A DNA stretch of 64,000 nt from Candidatus Cloacimonadota bacterium (GTDB taxonomy: Bacteria > Cloacimonadota > Cloacimonadia > JGIOTU-2): NCBI GenBank assembly GCA_030613025.1, contig JAUWMT010000003.1, forward strand, positions 14,752 to 78,751, read 5' to 3'. Shown here in pieces: positions 48,413 through 58,447 of the stretch (the stretch's first letter is position 1; each line of letters opens with the position of its first letter). The notes beneath the pieces were generated by a model that saw only the letters and a program-made list of their open reading frames with translations, searched no databases and had not been told where the DNA came from. The position numbers and the translations under genes were made by a program.

Positions 48413-50701
48413 TTATGCCTTATCTGCAACTTGCGTTTTTTTCAAAAACGTCACGCTAAAAACTACCAGAATGAGGAAAATGATCATCGAAAATGCAGCA
48501 GCATATCCGTAACGATACAGATTGAATGCCGCTCGATATACATAAGAAACAAGAATGTGAGATTTATCAGCCGGCTGACCACCATTCGTGACCAACCATA
48601 TCACTGTCAGTTTATTGAATGTCCATACAATTCCCAGTGTGATCGCAGGGATCATCACAGGTTTGAGAAGCGGAACAGTTACACTCCAGAATTTTTTCCA
48701 GGCAGACGCACCATCGATCTCTGCTGCTTCATAAAGCTCTTTTGGTATGGACTGTAAACCTCCCATTGCAATGATCATCATGAAAGGCACACCGAGCCAA
48801 ATATTTGTCATGATACTGGCAATGAAAGCAGTTGTCGCCCCGGAAAGCCAGTGCACCGCAGGAATGCCCAGTTTATGCAATATCAGATTGATCGCACCGG
48901 TATCATACATAAACATACCGCGCCAGGTCAAAGCAGTGATATATTCCGGCACAGCCCAAGGCAGAATGAGTAGTACCCGAATGATCGATTTGCCGGGTAA
49001 ATGCCGATTGAGCAACACTGCAAGAAATACACCCAGAGTTACATGGAAGAATACGTTCACAACTGTCCAGACCACCGTCTTAAAGAAAACCGAATAAAAT
49101 ATTTTTTCTGCAAAAACTTTAGCATACTGCCCGAAACCGATAATGGTCCACGAATTCACATTCGTCATATTCATGTTGGAGAATGAGAGCACGATATTAT
49201 AAAAGAAGGGATAAATGACAACTCCGAAAAGAATTACCGATGCGGGAACTGCCATGATAACTGCGAATCGTGCATTTTGAGTTTCAAATGAATTCGGCTT
49301 CCTCATCAATGCAAGGATAAATTTGAACACAAGCAGATATGTAAAATACAAACCAAGTGCAATTCCAAGGATCGTAAAAATGGTTGAAGCCAAAGCAGTT
49401 TTTTTCTCGACTCCTTCTTCTGAGCCCTCATACATAGCAGCGATCTTCTGCTCACAGAGTTCCTGTTGGTATTCTGCTGCTTCGGCCGGAGTCATGTCTC
49501 CTGAGATGACATTTTGAAGCGCAGGGCGCATCGCATCCCATGCAGCTCTCATTTCAGGAATAATCGGCATGAGCTGTCCAACTTCGATCTGCTTGGCGGA
49601 CATCATCATAACCGGATCGTTTGCAATGGCAGGTCTTTCCTGAAGTGATTTCAAGCTGGGAATGGATTTGAATTTTTCTACAAACTGCTCCTGCACTTCC
49701 TCAGAAGTGAGATATTCAAGCACTCGCTTTGTAGCTTCCAAAACCTCGCCCTTTGCAGAGCTGTTTACAGAATATCCGGTGGCAGATACCATTGGAGAGC
49801 ACCACATCTGGGTTTCTTCCACATAAGGAATGCGAGCCAAACCGAAATCAACATGAGGAGAAGCAATATATTTATTCCATGACCAGTCCCCATTTATTAT
49901 CATTGCAGCATTGCCCTGATTGAACATATTATCCGCAATATCATAATCACACTCCGGTGGCATGATCCGAGATTTATTCCGCATATCAAGGATGAGCTGG
50001 AATGCTTTCTCTGCAGCATGAGTATCCAACTCGGGATTGTTATTCTCATCAAAAACTTTTCCTCCGTACCCACCAAAGAATGGAATATACCAGAAAGGTT
50101 CCGTATAATTCCACACAAGCCCCCATTGATCGATTTTACCGTCAGCGTTTTTATCAACTGTCAATTTCTGTCCGAATTCTATAAGCTCATTTATCGTTTG
50201 AGGAGGTTCGGTCAACCCTGCTTCTTCAAACAATCTCTTATTATACACGAGAGCAAGATGATTTCCCATTCGGTCTGCGATCTGGTATATATGCCCTTTA
50301 TATCGCACCAAACCCTGATCAACGAATTTGTCAAAAAATTCTTCCGGATAGAGGTCTTCAATTGGTTTGATGATGCTCTCGTCACTGTCTTTTAATTTCA
50401 TCACCTCAAAAGGTCCGATCTGATCCATTGGACCATATACCAGTTCTGGTCCTCCACCGGCGAATGCAGCTGCAGCCTGGTATCCTGTGCGAACTTCCTC
50501 AGTTCCCTTTGCCAGAACTACTACTTCGATATCCGGATTGTTCTGCTCAAAATCCTCTATGATTTTCTTTAGAATGGGTCTCTTCTCCGGCTCCATTTGA
50601 TGCCAGAGATGAACGATCGTTTTACCTTCTTCGGTTCTTTTGCATCCTATGAGTGCAAAAGCCACAATTAAGGTGAGAAAAATCAGCAATATTTTATTCA
50701 T
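48413..50701 (-). CDS. Fused maltodextrin-binding lipoprotein (MalE-like) and MalF-like permease
   Basis: Lipobox LIGC; LVYNKRL, AAMIINGDW, MPIIPEM..W SBP motifs; then TM helices with LYEAAEIDGA EAA loop. Confidence 0.85.
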   Translation of the reverse strand: MNKILLIFLTLIVAFALIGCKRTEEGKTIVHLWHQMEPEKRPILKKIIEDFEQNNPDIEVVVLAKGTEEVRTGYQAAAAFAGGGPELVYGPMDQIGPFEVMKLKDSDESIIKPIEDLYPEEFFDKFVDQGLVRYKGHIYQIADRMGNHLALVYNKRLFEEAGLTEPPQTINELIEFGQKLTVDKNADGKIDQWGLVWNYTEPFWYIPFFGGYGGKVFDENNNPELDTHAAEKAFQLILDMRNKSRIMPPECDYDIADNMFNQGNAAMIINGDWSWNKYIASPHVDFGLARIPYVEETQMWCSPMVSATGYSVNSSAKGEVLEATKRVLEYLTSEEVQEQFVEKFKSIPSLKSLQERPAIANDPVMMMSAKQIEVGQLMPIIPEMRAAWDAMRPALQNVISGDMTPAEAAEYQQELCEQKIAAMYEGSEEGVEKKTALASTIFTILGIALGLYFTYLLVFKFILALMRKPNSFETQNARFAVIMAVPASVILFGVVIYPFFYNIVLSFSNMNMTNVNSWTIIGFGQYAKVFAEKIFYSVFFKTVVWTVVNVFFHVTLGVFLAVLLNRHLPGKSIIRVLLILPWAVPEYITALTWRGMFMYDTGAINLILHKLGIPAVHWLSGATTAFIASIMTNIWLGVPFMMIIAMGGLQSIPKELYEAAEIDGASAWKKFWSVTVPLLKPVMIPAITLGIVWTFNKLTVIWLVTNGGQPADKSHILVSYVYRAAFNLYRYGYAAAFSMIIFLILVVFSVTFLKKTQVADKA

Positions 50702-50802
50702 ATTATATCAATAGGGCGAATATTTCAAAACAAATGAAAACAAAAAAACAAGCAAACTTTTGTCAACTAAAATGGGTTCGCAGCACTAAATCAAATCATT
50801 AA

Positions 50803-51942
50803 CTACTTTTCTTTTAGCACTTCCTCGTACATTTCTTTGGTTTGCTTTGCAATGATCTTCCAATCAAAAAATTCCTCAACTCTTTTCCGTCCGTTCTCTC
50901 CGAATTTCTTCGCTAATGCTTTATCATATAGCAGCTTATTGATCTTTTCTGAAAGCTGCTTTGGCTTAGCCGGCTCAACGAAAAATCCGGTCTCGCCTTC
51001 CACGACAACTTCCTTTATTCCGCCAACTTTACTTGCAACGACAGGAGTCTTACACGCCATAGCTTCAAGGTTTATGATACCAAATGGCTCATAGATTGAT
51101 GGACATGCAAAGACCGAGGCGTTGCTGTACAATTCGATATACTGCTCTTCTTTTAGCAGCTTGTTTATCCACAAGGTATTGGTCGTTTCCTTCATCTTTT
51201 TTGTAATCAGCTGCTCGATTTCAGGAGTGTCCGGTGCACTTGTGCAGAATACAACTTTTGCTTTGATATCTTTCGCTGCCTCGATGAGATAGACCATCCC
51301 CTTCTGCTGGGTAGTTCTTCCCACAAAAAGTACAAATTCCTCATCGATGCCATATTCTTTCAGCGTGTAGTCAGTCAGCGTTTCTTTCCATTTACGTAAA
51401 TCGATTCCATTATAAATAACCTTTATCTTTTTCTCATCGATATCAAAATATTTTAGGATATCGGCTTTCATCATTTTGGAAACTGCGACAACTCTGTCTG
51501 CATTTTCGATGCCGAGTTTCTCCACCCAACTGCTAAGTTTATAACCTGATCCAAGCTGCTCTTCCTTCCATGGACGAAGTGGCTCAAGACTGTGTGAGGT
51601 AAGCACGAACTTGTTATCATATAGCATTTTAGCAAGAAAGCCGGCAAAGGCAGCATACCAAGTGTGAGTATGTACAATGTCGGAATCCATTACATCATTA
51701 ACGATCGAAAGGTCTATTCCAAGTGTATCGAGGGCTTTGCTTATGCGTGGATCACCTTCCAGCTTTCCAAGAGTTGAATATCCTTTGATGCGATATCCTT
51801 CTTCTTTGATATCTTGCTCGCCAAAGCTTCTCACCTCGATATCTATCATTTTGCGAAGTTCCTGAACGAGATATCGAACGTGCACTCCAGCGCCGCCATA
51901 TACATTCGGCGGATATTCTTTAGTAATAAATGTAACTTTCAT
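50803..51942 (-). CDS. glgM: GT4 glycosyltransferase of the GlgM (actinobacterial GlgA, maltose-1-phosphate synthase) type
   Basis: TKEYPPNVYGGAGVHV, HTHTWY, HSLEPLRPWKEEQLG, PSIYEPFGIINLEAMAC. Confidence 0.85.
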   Translation of the reverse strand: MKVTFITKEYPPNVYGGAGVHVRYLVQELRKMIDIEVRSFGEQDIKEEGYRIKGYSTLGKLEGDPRISKALDTLGIDLSIVNDVMDSDIVHTHTWYAAFAGFLAKMLYDNKFVLTSHSLEPLRPWKEEQLGSGYKLSSWVEKLGIENADRVVAVSKMMKADILKYFDIDEKKIKVIYNGIDLRKWKETLTDYTLKEYGIDEEFVLFVGRTTQQKGMVYLIEAAKDIKAKVVFCTSAPDTPEIEQLITKKMKETTNTLWINKLLKEEQYIELYSNASVFACPSIYEPFGIINLEAMACKTPVVASKVGGIKEVVVEGETGFFVEPAKPKQLSEKINKLLYDKALAKKFGENGRKRVEEFFDWKIIAKQTKEMYEEVLKEK

Positions 51943-51952
51943 AAGAACCTTT

Positions 51953-53650
51953 CTAATATTTTTTATGTAGCATGAAAATCCATGCAGGATCTTCATTTTG
52001 TAATGTTATTGATAATTCTTTCCCTTTATGTGTAAAGGTTTTTTCTGATAACAATTCCTCGATAGTATATTCTTCATCAGCATGAATACCGAATTTTTCT
52101 AAGGGCAAATGCAGCACACTCGAATGTTCGTTATAAGCATCCATATTGACAGCAACGAGGACTGTGTTCTCTTTATCATAGGAAGTTTTTCCATAAAAGA
52201 GAATGTTATCATCTGAGGATTCGTAGAAAGATAGATTGCGATAATAATGGAGCGCAGTGTTTTCTCTTCGTATTTGGTTGAGTTTCTTAATATAAAATTT
52301 GATATTGCCTGGTCTATCCCAGTCCCAGACTTTGTAATCATATTTTTCTGAATCGAGGTATTCTTCAGTGCCTGGAATCGCCTTATTTTCGCAGAGTTCA
52401 TAACCATTATACATTCCATACACAGAAGAGAGCGTACTTGCCAGCACAATTCTCTGCATGAACGCAGGGCGTCCTGCTTCCTGTAAGAGTGGCATGAGAA
52501 TATCAGGCGTATTGGTAAAGAAATTTCCCCTGAAGTAATACTGCATATCCGTCATGGTGAGCTCGGTAAGATATTCTGTAAAATCAAACTTGTTATAACG
52601 CCATGTGAAGTAGGTGTATGATTGCGTAAAGCCAATTTTTGCCAGAAGCTTCATCATTTTGGGCTCGGTGAACGCTTCTGCAAGCAGTATCGCGCTGGAA
52701 TCTTTTTCATGAATTTCCCGACTTATCCACTCCCAGAATTTAACCGGTTTTGTATGAGGATTATCCACGCGAAACGTGCGAATTCCCTGATCGATCCAGA
52801 AAAGGAAAATATCTCGAAGTTCGTTCCACAATTCCAGATAATTCTCGCATTCGAAATTCAGCGGATGTACATCTTCATATTTCTTTGGCGGATTTTCTGC
52901 ATACTTAATTGTGCCGTCGGGATTATGAAAAAACCACTCCGGATACTGTTTTATCCAGGGATGGTCAGGCGAGCAAGTAAAGATAATATCGAGGACTAAT
53001 TCAATGCCGAATTTGGCAGCTTCTTCTATGAAACGATGAAAATCCTCCATCGTACCGAAATCAGGATTGACCGCTTTATGTCCACCATGCTCATTGCCGA
53101 TAGAATAGAGACTACCGGGATCATCGGGACCTGCTTGGAGCGAATTATTCGGACCTTTCTTATTTGTTTTGCCAACAGGATAAGTGGGTGCAAGATATAT
53201 CGTGTCAAAGCCAAGATCGTGCACATATGGCAAGCGTTTTATCATGTCATCGAAAGTGGCACTTTTGCCTTTAACTTTTCCCTGCGATCTGGGCCACATC
53301 TCATACCATGCTGCGAAGCGTGCTCGTGGTCTATCAAAATAGACTTCATAAATTTGCTCATGAATAATGCCCTCGCCATTCATTTCAACAACAAAAGTGT
53401 ATTCGTATAAACCCGTTTCATTTGTTTCTATTGCTGCTTCATATCGGTTTGTCTCGACTAAATTCATAATGATTTGCTGCCAGTGCTTTTCTGCTTTTTT
53501 CCTGAAATTCAGAAAGACTTTCGAGGTCTCATTCAGTCCGGTAATAGTGACATATATTTTGAATGGCAAGTCGGTTTCCCACTTACAATAATACTGCCCT
53601 TCGTCAACAAGCGGGGCTATATTGGAAAAGGTGATTTCATTATTTTCCAT
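51953..53650 (-). CDS. glgE: Alpha-1,4-glucan:maltose-1-phosphate maltosyltransferase
   Basis: WYEMWPRS, YAENPPKKYED, FRVDNPHTKP, LAEAFT, NTPDIL, EEYLDSEKY. Confidence 0.92.
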   Translation of the reverse strand: MENNEITFSNIAPLVDEGQYYCKWETDLPFKIYVTITGLNETSKVFLNFRKKAEKHWQQIIMNLVETNRYEAAIETNETGLYEYTFVVEMNGEGIIHEQIYEVYFDRPRARFAAWYEMWPRSQGKVKGKSATFDDMIKRLPYVHDLGFDTIYLAPTYPVGKTNKKGPNNSLQAGPDDPGSLYSIGNEHGGHKAVNPDFGTMEDFHRFIEEAAKFGIELVLDIIFTCSPDHPWIKQYPEWFFHNPDGTIKYAENPPKKYEDVHPLNFECENYLELWNELRDIFLFWIDQGIRTFRVDNPHTKPVKFWEWISREIHEKDSSAILLAEAFTEPKMMKLLAKIGFTQSYTYFTWRYNKFDFTEYLTELTMTDMQYYFRGNFFTNTPDILMPLLQEAGRPAFMQRIVLASTLSSVYGMYNGYELCENKAIPGTEEYLDSEKYDYKVWDWDRPGNIKFYIKKLNQIRRENTALHYYRNLSFYESSDDNILFYGKTSYDKENTVLVAVNMDAYNEHSSVLHLPLEKFGIHADEEYTIEELLSEKTFTHKGKELSITLQNEDPAWIFMLHKKY

Positions 53651-53709
53651 GCGACTTTTGCATTATTTATAGGATATGATGTCAAGGTTTTTGGGGCTGG
53701 TGCCTGCAT

Positions 53710-54220
53710 TAAAGAATTTTAACCACCCGTCTTCACTACGTTACACCGTGGCATGTGAAAAACACGAAAAAAGAAGAATGGAACACAGATTAACGCTGAT
53801 GATACTGATAAGAACTGATTCGAAAAATTAAAGAAATTTAAAATAAATTTAATTATTAATCTGCGTTCATCCGTGAAAATCCGTCCGCCAGCTGGCGGAT
53901 TGAAGAATGGAACACGGATCAACGCTGATGAAATGAATAAACATCGATAGAGATATTAACTAAAAAATAATAAATAAAGAAAATTCTTAAAATTGACTAT
54001 CTCCGTGGCAGAGCCAAGGAGTATTTCGCCAATTTTATTTCAATCCAATGATTGAAAACAGAATTTTCATTATTTTACATCACCCCAGCCCTCTCCAAAA
54101 TGGAGATGGAGAAATTGGAAACCACGAGGCAGAGCCTCGAGGAATTATTTGATTAAATTTATTTTTAAAATTTCCATTTTCTAAATTTTTTTTCGTGTTT
54201 TTCATGTCATTTCGTGGTTA
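53710..54220. repeat. Cluster of short dispersed repeats and hairpins
   Basis: 30-bp direct repeat at 53773-53802 / 53902-53931; CCGCCAGCTGGCGG hairpin; GGCAGAGCC-centred hairpins at about 54002 and 54125. Confidence 0.6.
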
Positions 54221-54287
54221 ATAATATTTTTTTCAAGAAATAGTTGACAGTCAAAAATTGATTACTCAAATAATAGCGGAGTATCAA

Positions 54288-55583
54288 ATGAAAAAAATAT
54301 TTATTATAATTTTTATTTTATTTCTTCCTTTTATTGTTAACGCACAAACTACAATTGATGAGATATACATTCTTACAGTGGACGGAACGATCGGACCACC
54401 GATAGCAAATTATATTATAGACAGGATCGAAAAAGCTGAAGCGGTTGATGCAGCAGTTCTCATCGAGATCAACACACCTGGCGGACTCGATACTTCTATG
54501 AGGGAAATTATCCAAAAGATAATGAATGCTGATGTGCCGGTTATAGGATATGTAACTCCAGAAGGTGCTCGGGCTGCATCTGCAGGAGCAATTATTATGC
54601 TTGCCTGCGATATAAATGCAATGACTCCAACATCGAGCATCGGCGCTGCTCATCCTGTTTCAATGGGAGCAAAGATAGATTCTACAATGGAAAAGAAAAT
54701 CGTAAATGACATGCTCTCCTATGTCGCATCCATTGCACAGAAAACAGGCAGAAACGAAGAGATCGCAAAAAAGATGGTTTCCGAAAGCATATCCCTTCAT
54801 GCAAGAGAAGCACTGGAAGAAAACGTCATAAATTATGTTGCTTCTTCAAGAAAAGAACTATTCAAACAAATAGATTCCTCTGAAATAATCAAAAATGACA
54901 GGGTGTTTATAATGCGTACTGAGCATGCAGATGTTATTCCTCATAGAATGAATTTCATAGAAAAATTTTTATACCACATTAGCAATCCCAATATTGCCTA
55001 TATTCTCCTAATGCTTGGAATTTATGGTATTATTGCAGAATTCTCCTCTCCGGGAATCGGTTTCGCTGGAGTTTTCGGTGCAATCTCTCTGCTACTCGCC
55101 TTCTTTGCGCTTTCAAGTCTGCCGATCAATATTGTGGGTTTATTACTTATTATAGTTGGATTCATCTTGATCTTACTTGAATTAAGGGTGCAATCCTCCG
55201 GAATATTAGGAATAGGAGGTGTCGTGGGTATTGTACTTGGCTCTATGATGTTGATCCAATCCAAAGCACCATTCCTTCGAATTTCACTCTCTCTAATAAT
55301 CGGCGTCGCTATCTTTACGATACTGTTCTTTCTGCTACTTGCCACGCTTGTGGTTAAAGTTCATAAAAGCAAAGTTGTCACTGGACGAGAGGGTGAGATC
55401 GGCGAAAGAGGGCTCGCAAGAACGGTTCTCGATCCCGAAGGACAGGTTTTTGTCCGTGGCGAACTTTGGACTGCGATTTCCACAGAAGGAAAAATCGATG
55501 CGAACGAACCCGTCGAAGTGGTGAAAATTGACAATCTTACACTCTGGGTCAAAAGGGTATCATCACAGTTTGAAAATTCTTGA
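54288..55583 (+). CDS. nfeD: NfeD family membrane-bound serine protease (long form)
   Basis: INTPGG, ARAASAGA, IGAAHPV, TM region, G.VFVRGELWTA OB-fold. Confidence 0.9.
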   Translation: MKKIFIIIFILFLPFIVNAQTTIDEIYILTVDGTIGPPIANYIIDRIEKAEAVDAAVLIEINTPGGLDTSMREIIQKIMNADVPVIGYVTPEGARAASAGAIIMLACDINAMTPTSSIGAAHPVSMGAKIDSTMEKKIVNDMLSYVASIAQKTGRNEEIAKKMVSESISLHAREALEENVINYVASSRKELFKQIDSSEIIKNDRVFIMRTEHADVIPHRMNFIEKFLYHISNPNIAYILLMLGIYGIIAEFSSPGIGFAGVFGAISLLLAFFALSSLPINIVGLLLIIVGFILILLELRVQSSGILGIGGVVGIVLGSMMLIQSKAPFLRISLSLIIGVAIFTILFFLLLATLVVKVHKSKVVTGREGEIGERGLARTVLDPEGQVFVRGELWTAISTEGKIDANEPVEVVKIDNLTLWVKRVSSQFENS

Positions 55584-55635
55584 CGAACTATCCGCCACTC
55601 GGATTTTTCAGAAAATTTTCTTAAAAGGAGAACAA

Positions 55636-56601
55636 ATGAAAAAATATCTTCCAATATTCTTGGTAATTATTGCTGTATTGGTTCTTGCTGCATGTCAAAG
55701 CATGTATATGAGAACAGCCCGATTAGCCATCCGAGATGAAGACGATCCGGACAAAGCCATCGAAAATCTAAAAAAAGAAATTGAAGCCAATCCCGGAAAT
55801 GCAGACGCATACCTCTTCATGTCCCAAATTTACGGTCAATACAAGGAAGATTATTACACATCTTATCAATATGCAAAAAAAGCATTAAACGCCGATCCTG
55901 CGAAGGATAAAGAAGTTAATCTTATCTATCTTACTACATGGAGCCAACTCCATAATCAGGGGCTTGAAGCGATGAACGCTCAGAATTACCAGGAAGCCAT
56001 ACTCAAACTGGAGCAAGCTCATGAGATCGAGCCCGACAGTATAATGACTTTTGAACTTCTCGGTGACACATACGTGCGGGCAGATTCTATTGATAAAGCT
56101 CTGGATATTTATCTTCAAATTTATGATAAAGATCCGGAAAATATATTTGCGATCAATAGAATTGCCACAACTTATTTTAATCAAAACAAAAATGAAAAAG
56201 CCGTTGAATATTTTTTAGTTCTTCATAATTTAGAACCTGATAAGACTGACTGGCTCTACAATATGTGGGTAGCTGAGATCAAACTGGGAAACACGGAAGC
56301 AGCACTGAATTATGCAATAAAAGCTGTCGCCATCGATCCGAATAATACAGAATTGCTCACTAATATTGCAGATATGCAATTCAATCAAAAAAATTATGTC
56401 GAATCAGCAGAATACTATGCAAAAGCCATTGATGTTGATCCCACCAAACTTGAAACACTTAAATATCTTTGCTACTGCCTGAGCAATATAAAGAATTATA
56501 CTGCCCTCGTCACCTATTCAGAAAAATGGCTTGAGCTCGAACCTGACAGCACTGAAGCTCAGCAGTTCCTTAATCTCGCAAAGCAAATGTTAAATAAATA
56601 A
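55636..56601 (+). CDS. TPR-repeat lipoprotein
   Basis: AGGAG RBS; lipobox LAAC; multiple A...DP/EP helical repeats. Confidence 0.8.
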   Translation: MKKYLPIFLVIIAVLVLAACQSMYMRTARLAIRDEDDPDKAIENLKKEIEANPGNADAYLFMSQIYGQYKEDYYTSYQYAKKALNADPAKDKEVNLIYLTTWSQLHNQGLEAMNAQNYQEAILKLEQAHEIEPDSIMTFELLGDTYVRADSIDKALDIYLQIYDKDPENIFAINRIATTYFNQNKNEKAVEYFLVLHNLEPDKTDWLYNMWVAEIKLGNTEAALNYAIKAVAIDPNNTELLTNIADMQFNQKNYVESAEYYAKAIDVDPTKLETLKYLCYCLSNIKNYTALVTYSEKWLELEPDSTEAQQFLNLAKQMLNK

Positions 56602-56639
56602 ATGGTGCAAAAGCATCAAAAAAAACATAAGGGGGACAC

Positions 56640-56825
56640 ATGAAAATACTTGCATGGATTTGCGGTATTCTCGCTGTGCTCATGGTTATCTTCGCTCTTA
56701 TCATGGGGCTATTTGGCGTTGTTCCATTCCTTAGCGTCACCAAGGGCATCAACTTCATTCACTTCGCCAATACTCTTATTCTATTTACCATTGCATTGCT
56801 CCTTTGTAACAAGAAGAAGGAGTAA
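56640..56825 (+). CDS. Small two-TM membrane protein
   Basis: AAGGGG RBS; 61 aa hydrophobic; operonic position. Confidence 0.6.
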   Translation: MKILAWICGILAVLMVIFALIMGLFGVVPFLSVTKGINFIHFANTLILFTIALLLCNKKKE

Positions 56826-56836
56826 CACAGACGTAG

Positions 56837-57478
56837 ATGCCGGTTAAAGCCATTCTCTTTGATCTTGACGGTGTTATTGTCGATACTCTTCATTTTCATT
56901 TTCTTGCCTGGCAGGAAATGTTTCGCAGATGGGGCGGTGAGGTGAAAGAACTCACCGTCCTCCTTCATGAAGGAAGAAGCTCGCGTGAAATCCTTCCACT
57001 CCTGATAGAAGAAGCAGGTATTGAAATTCCCGAAGATCATCGACACGATTTCATCGAGACAAAACGCGCATATTACCGCTCGATCGTACAAGTTCAATTT
57101 TATCCTGAAGCAAAAGAAACATTACGAAAACTTCATAAAGAGGGATACAAACTTGCATTGGTGACTGCATGCGCAAAGAAAAATATGCATCACGCACTTT
57201 CTGAAGATGAGTTGAAACTTTTTGATGTGATCGTCACCGGTGATGATATTCCACGGGCAAAACCCAATCCTGACCCTTATGAAACTGCACAGAAAAAACT
57301 TGGACTTGAGAAAGATGAATGTCTTGTAATTGAAAATGCTCCGCTTGGAATTGAATCAGGAAAGAATGCGGGTATAAAGGTCGCAGCCATTGCAACAACA
57401 CTCCCAAAAGAGTATCTCAAGGGAGCGGATTATTATCTTAATACTTTAAGAGATATTTTTAAGTATTTAGGCACTTAA
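56837..57478 (+). CDS. HAD-superfamily phosphatase (beta-phosphoglucomutase-like)
   Basis: FDLDGVIVDT, KPNPDPY, VIENAPLGI. Confidence 0.85.
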   Translation: MPVKAILFDLDGVIVDTLHFHFLAWQEMFRRWGGEVKELTVLLHEGRSSREILPLLIEEAGIEIPEDHRHDFIETKRAYYRSIVQVQFYPEAKETLRKLHKEGYKLALVTACAKKNMHHALSEDELKLFDVIVTGDDIPRAKPNPDPYETAQKKLGLEKDECLVIENAPLGIESGKNAGIKVAAIATTLPKEYLKGADYYLNTLRDIFKYLGT

Positions 57479-57737
57479 AAAATGAAATTTACCAACAAGT
57501 TGTCGTGAAATTTTTCAATTAAATGACAAATATCAAATTTCTAATTTCTAATAAAATTTCAAATATCAAATACCAAATATAAAAGGATTAGTAGTCGGAA
57601 ATTTTGTTTTGGTATGATTTGACATTTTGGCTTTGTCATTTTATTTGACATTATGAATTTGGATTTAGAAATTATTAGCTTTATTACTGATTAATATTTC
57701 CTGCTTGGTTCTGACTTGTCTAGGTTAGGGTAAACTT

Positions 57738-58439
57738 TTATAAAAACAATTCTCTTAGTTTTTCGGTATTTCCGATCAGTTCTTTTGATTTCCCCTCAAA
57801 TGCGATTTTACCGAGTTTGATTGAATAGGTCCTATGAGATATTTTCAATATTTCATTAACTTTTTGCTCGACTATTAACAATGACGTATTAGACAATTTA
57901 TTTACCTCGGTTATTTTTTCAAAAACATCATTCAGCAAATTCGGAGCTAATCCTAATGACGGCTCATCAAGCAGTAACAGTCTGGGTTCGGGAACGAGAG
58001 CTCTTGCGATAGCAAGCATCTGCTGCTCCCCACCGCTCAATTTGCCGGCAAGTTGCTTCATTCGCTTTTTTAGAATAGGGAAAATCTCATAAGTTTGCTC
58101 AATTCTCTCATGTAATTTATTTTTATGAAGTAAATATCCTCCAAGTTCAAGATTATCTTTGACGGTGAGTTCGTCGAATACTCGATTTCCTTGAGGGGCA
58201 ATCGTAAGACCATTTTTGATATTTTGTGCAACCGAATTACCTTTTATGGAACGACCATCAAACACAATATCACCAGCCCACAAATGCAGCACTCCGCATA
58301 TTGCTTTCAGGATAGTAGATTTCCCTGCACCATTAGGCCCGATAATTGATACTATCTCGCCATCAGCAACTTTCAGCGAAACATCATAAAGCACCTGTTT
58401 CTTATCATAGCCGGTTTCAATATTTCTAATTTCTAACAT
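57738..58439 (-). CDS. livF: Branched-chain amino acid type ABC ATPase
   Basis: GPNGAGKST, LSGGEQQMLA, LLDEPSLGLAP. Confidence 0.88.
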   Translation of the reverse strand: MLEIRNIETGYDKKQVLYDVSLKVADGEIVSIIGPNGAGKSTILKAICGVLHLWAGDIVFDGRSIKGNSVAQNIKNGLTIAPQGNRVFDELTVKDNLELGGYLLHKNKLHERIEQTYEIFPILKKRMKQLAGKLSGGEQQMLAIARALVPEPRLLLLDEPSLGLAPNLLNDVFEKITEVNKLSNTSLLIVEQKVNEILKISHRTYSIKLGKIAFEGKSKELIGNTEKLRELFL

Positions 58440-58447
58440 ACAATTCA

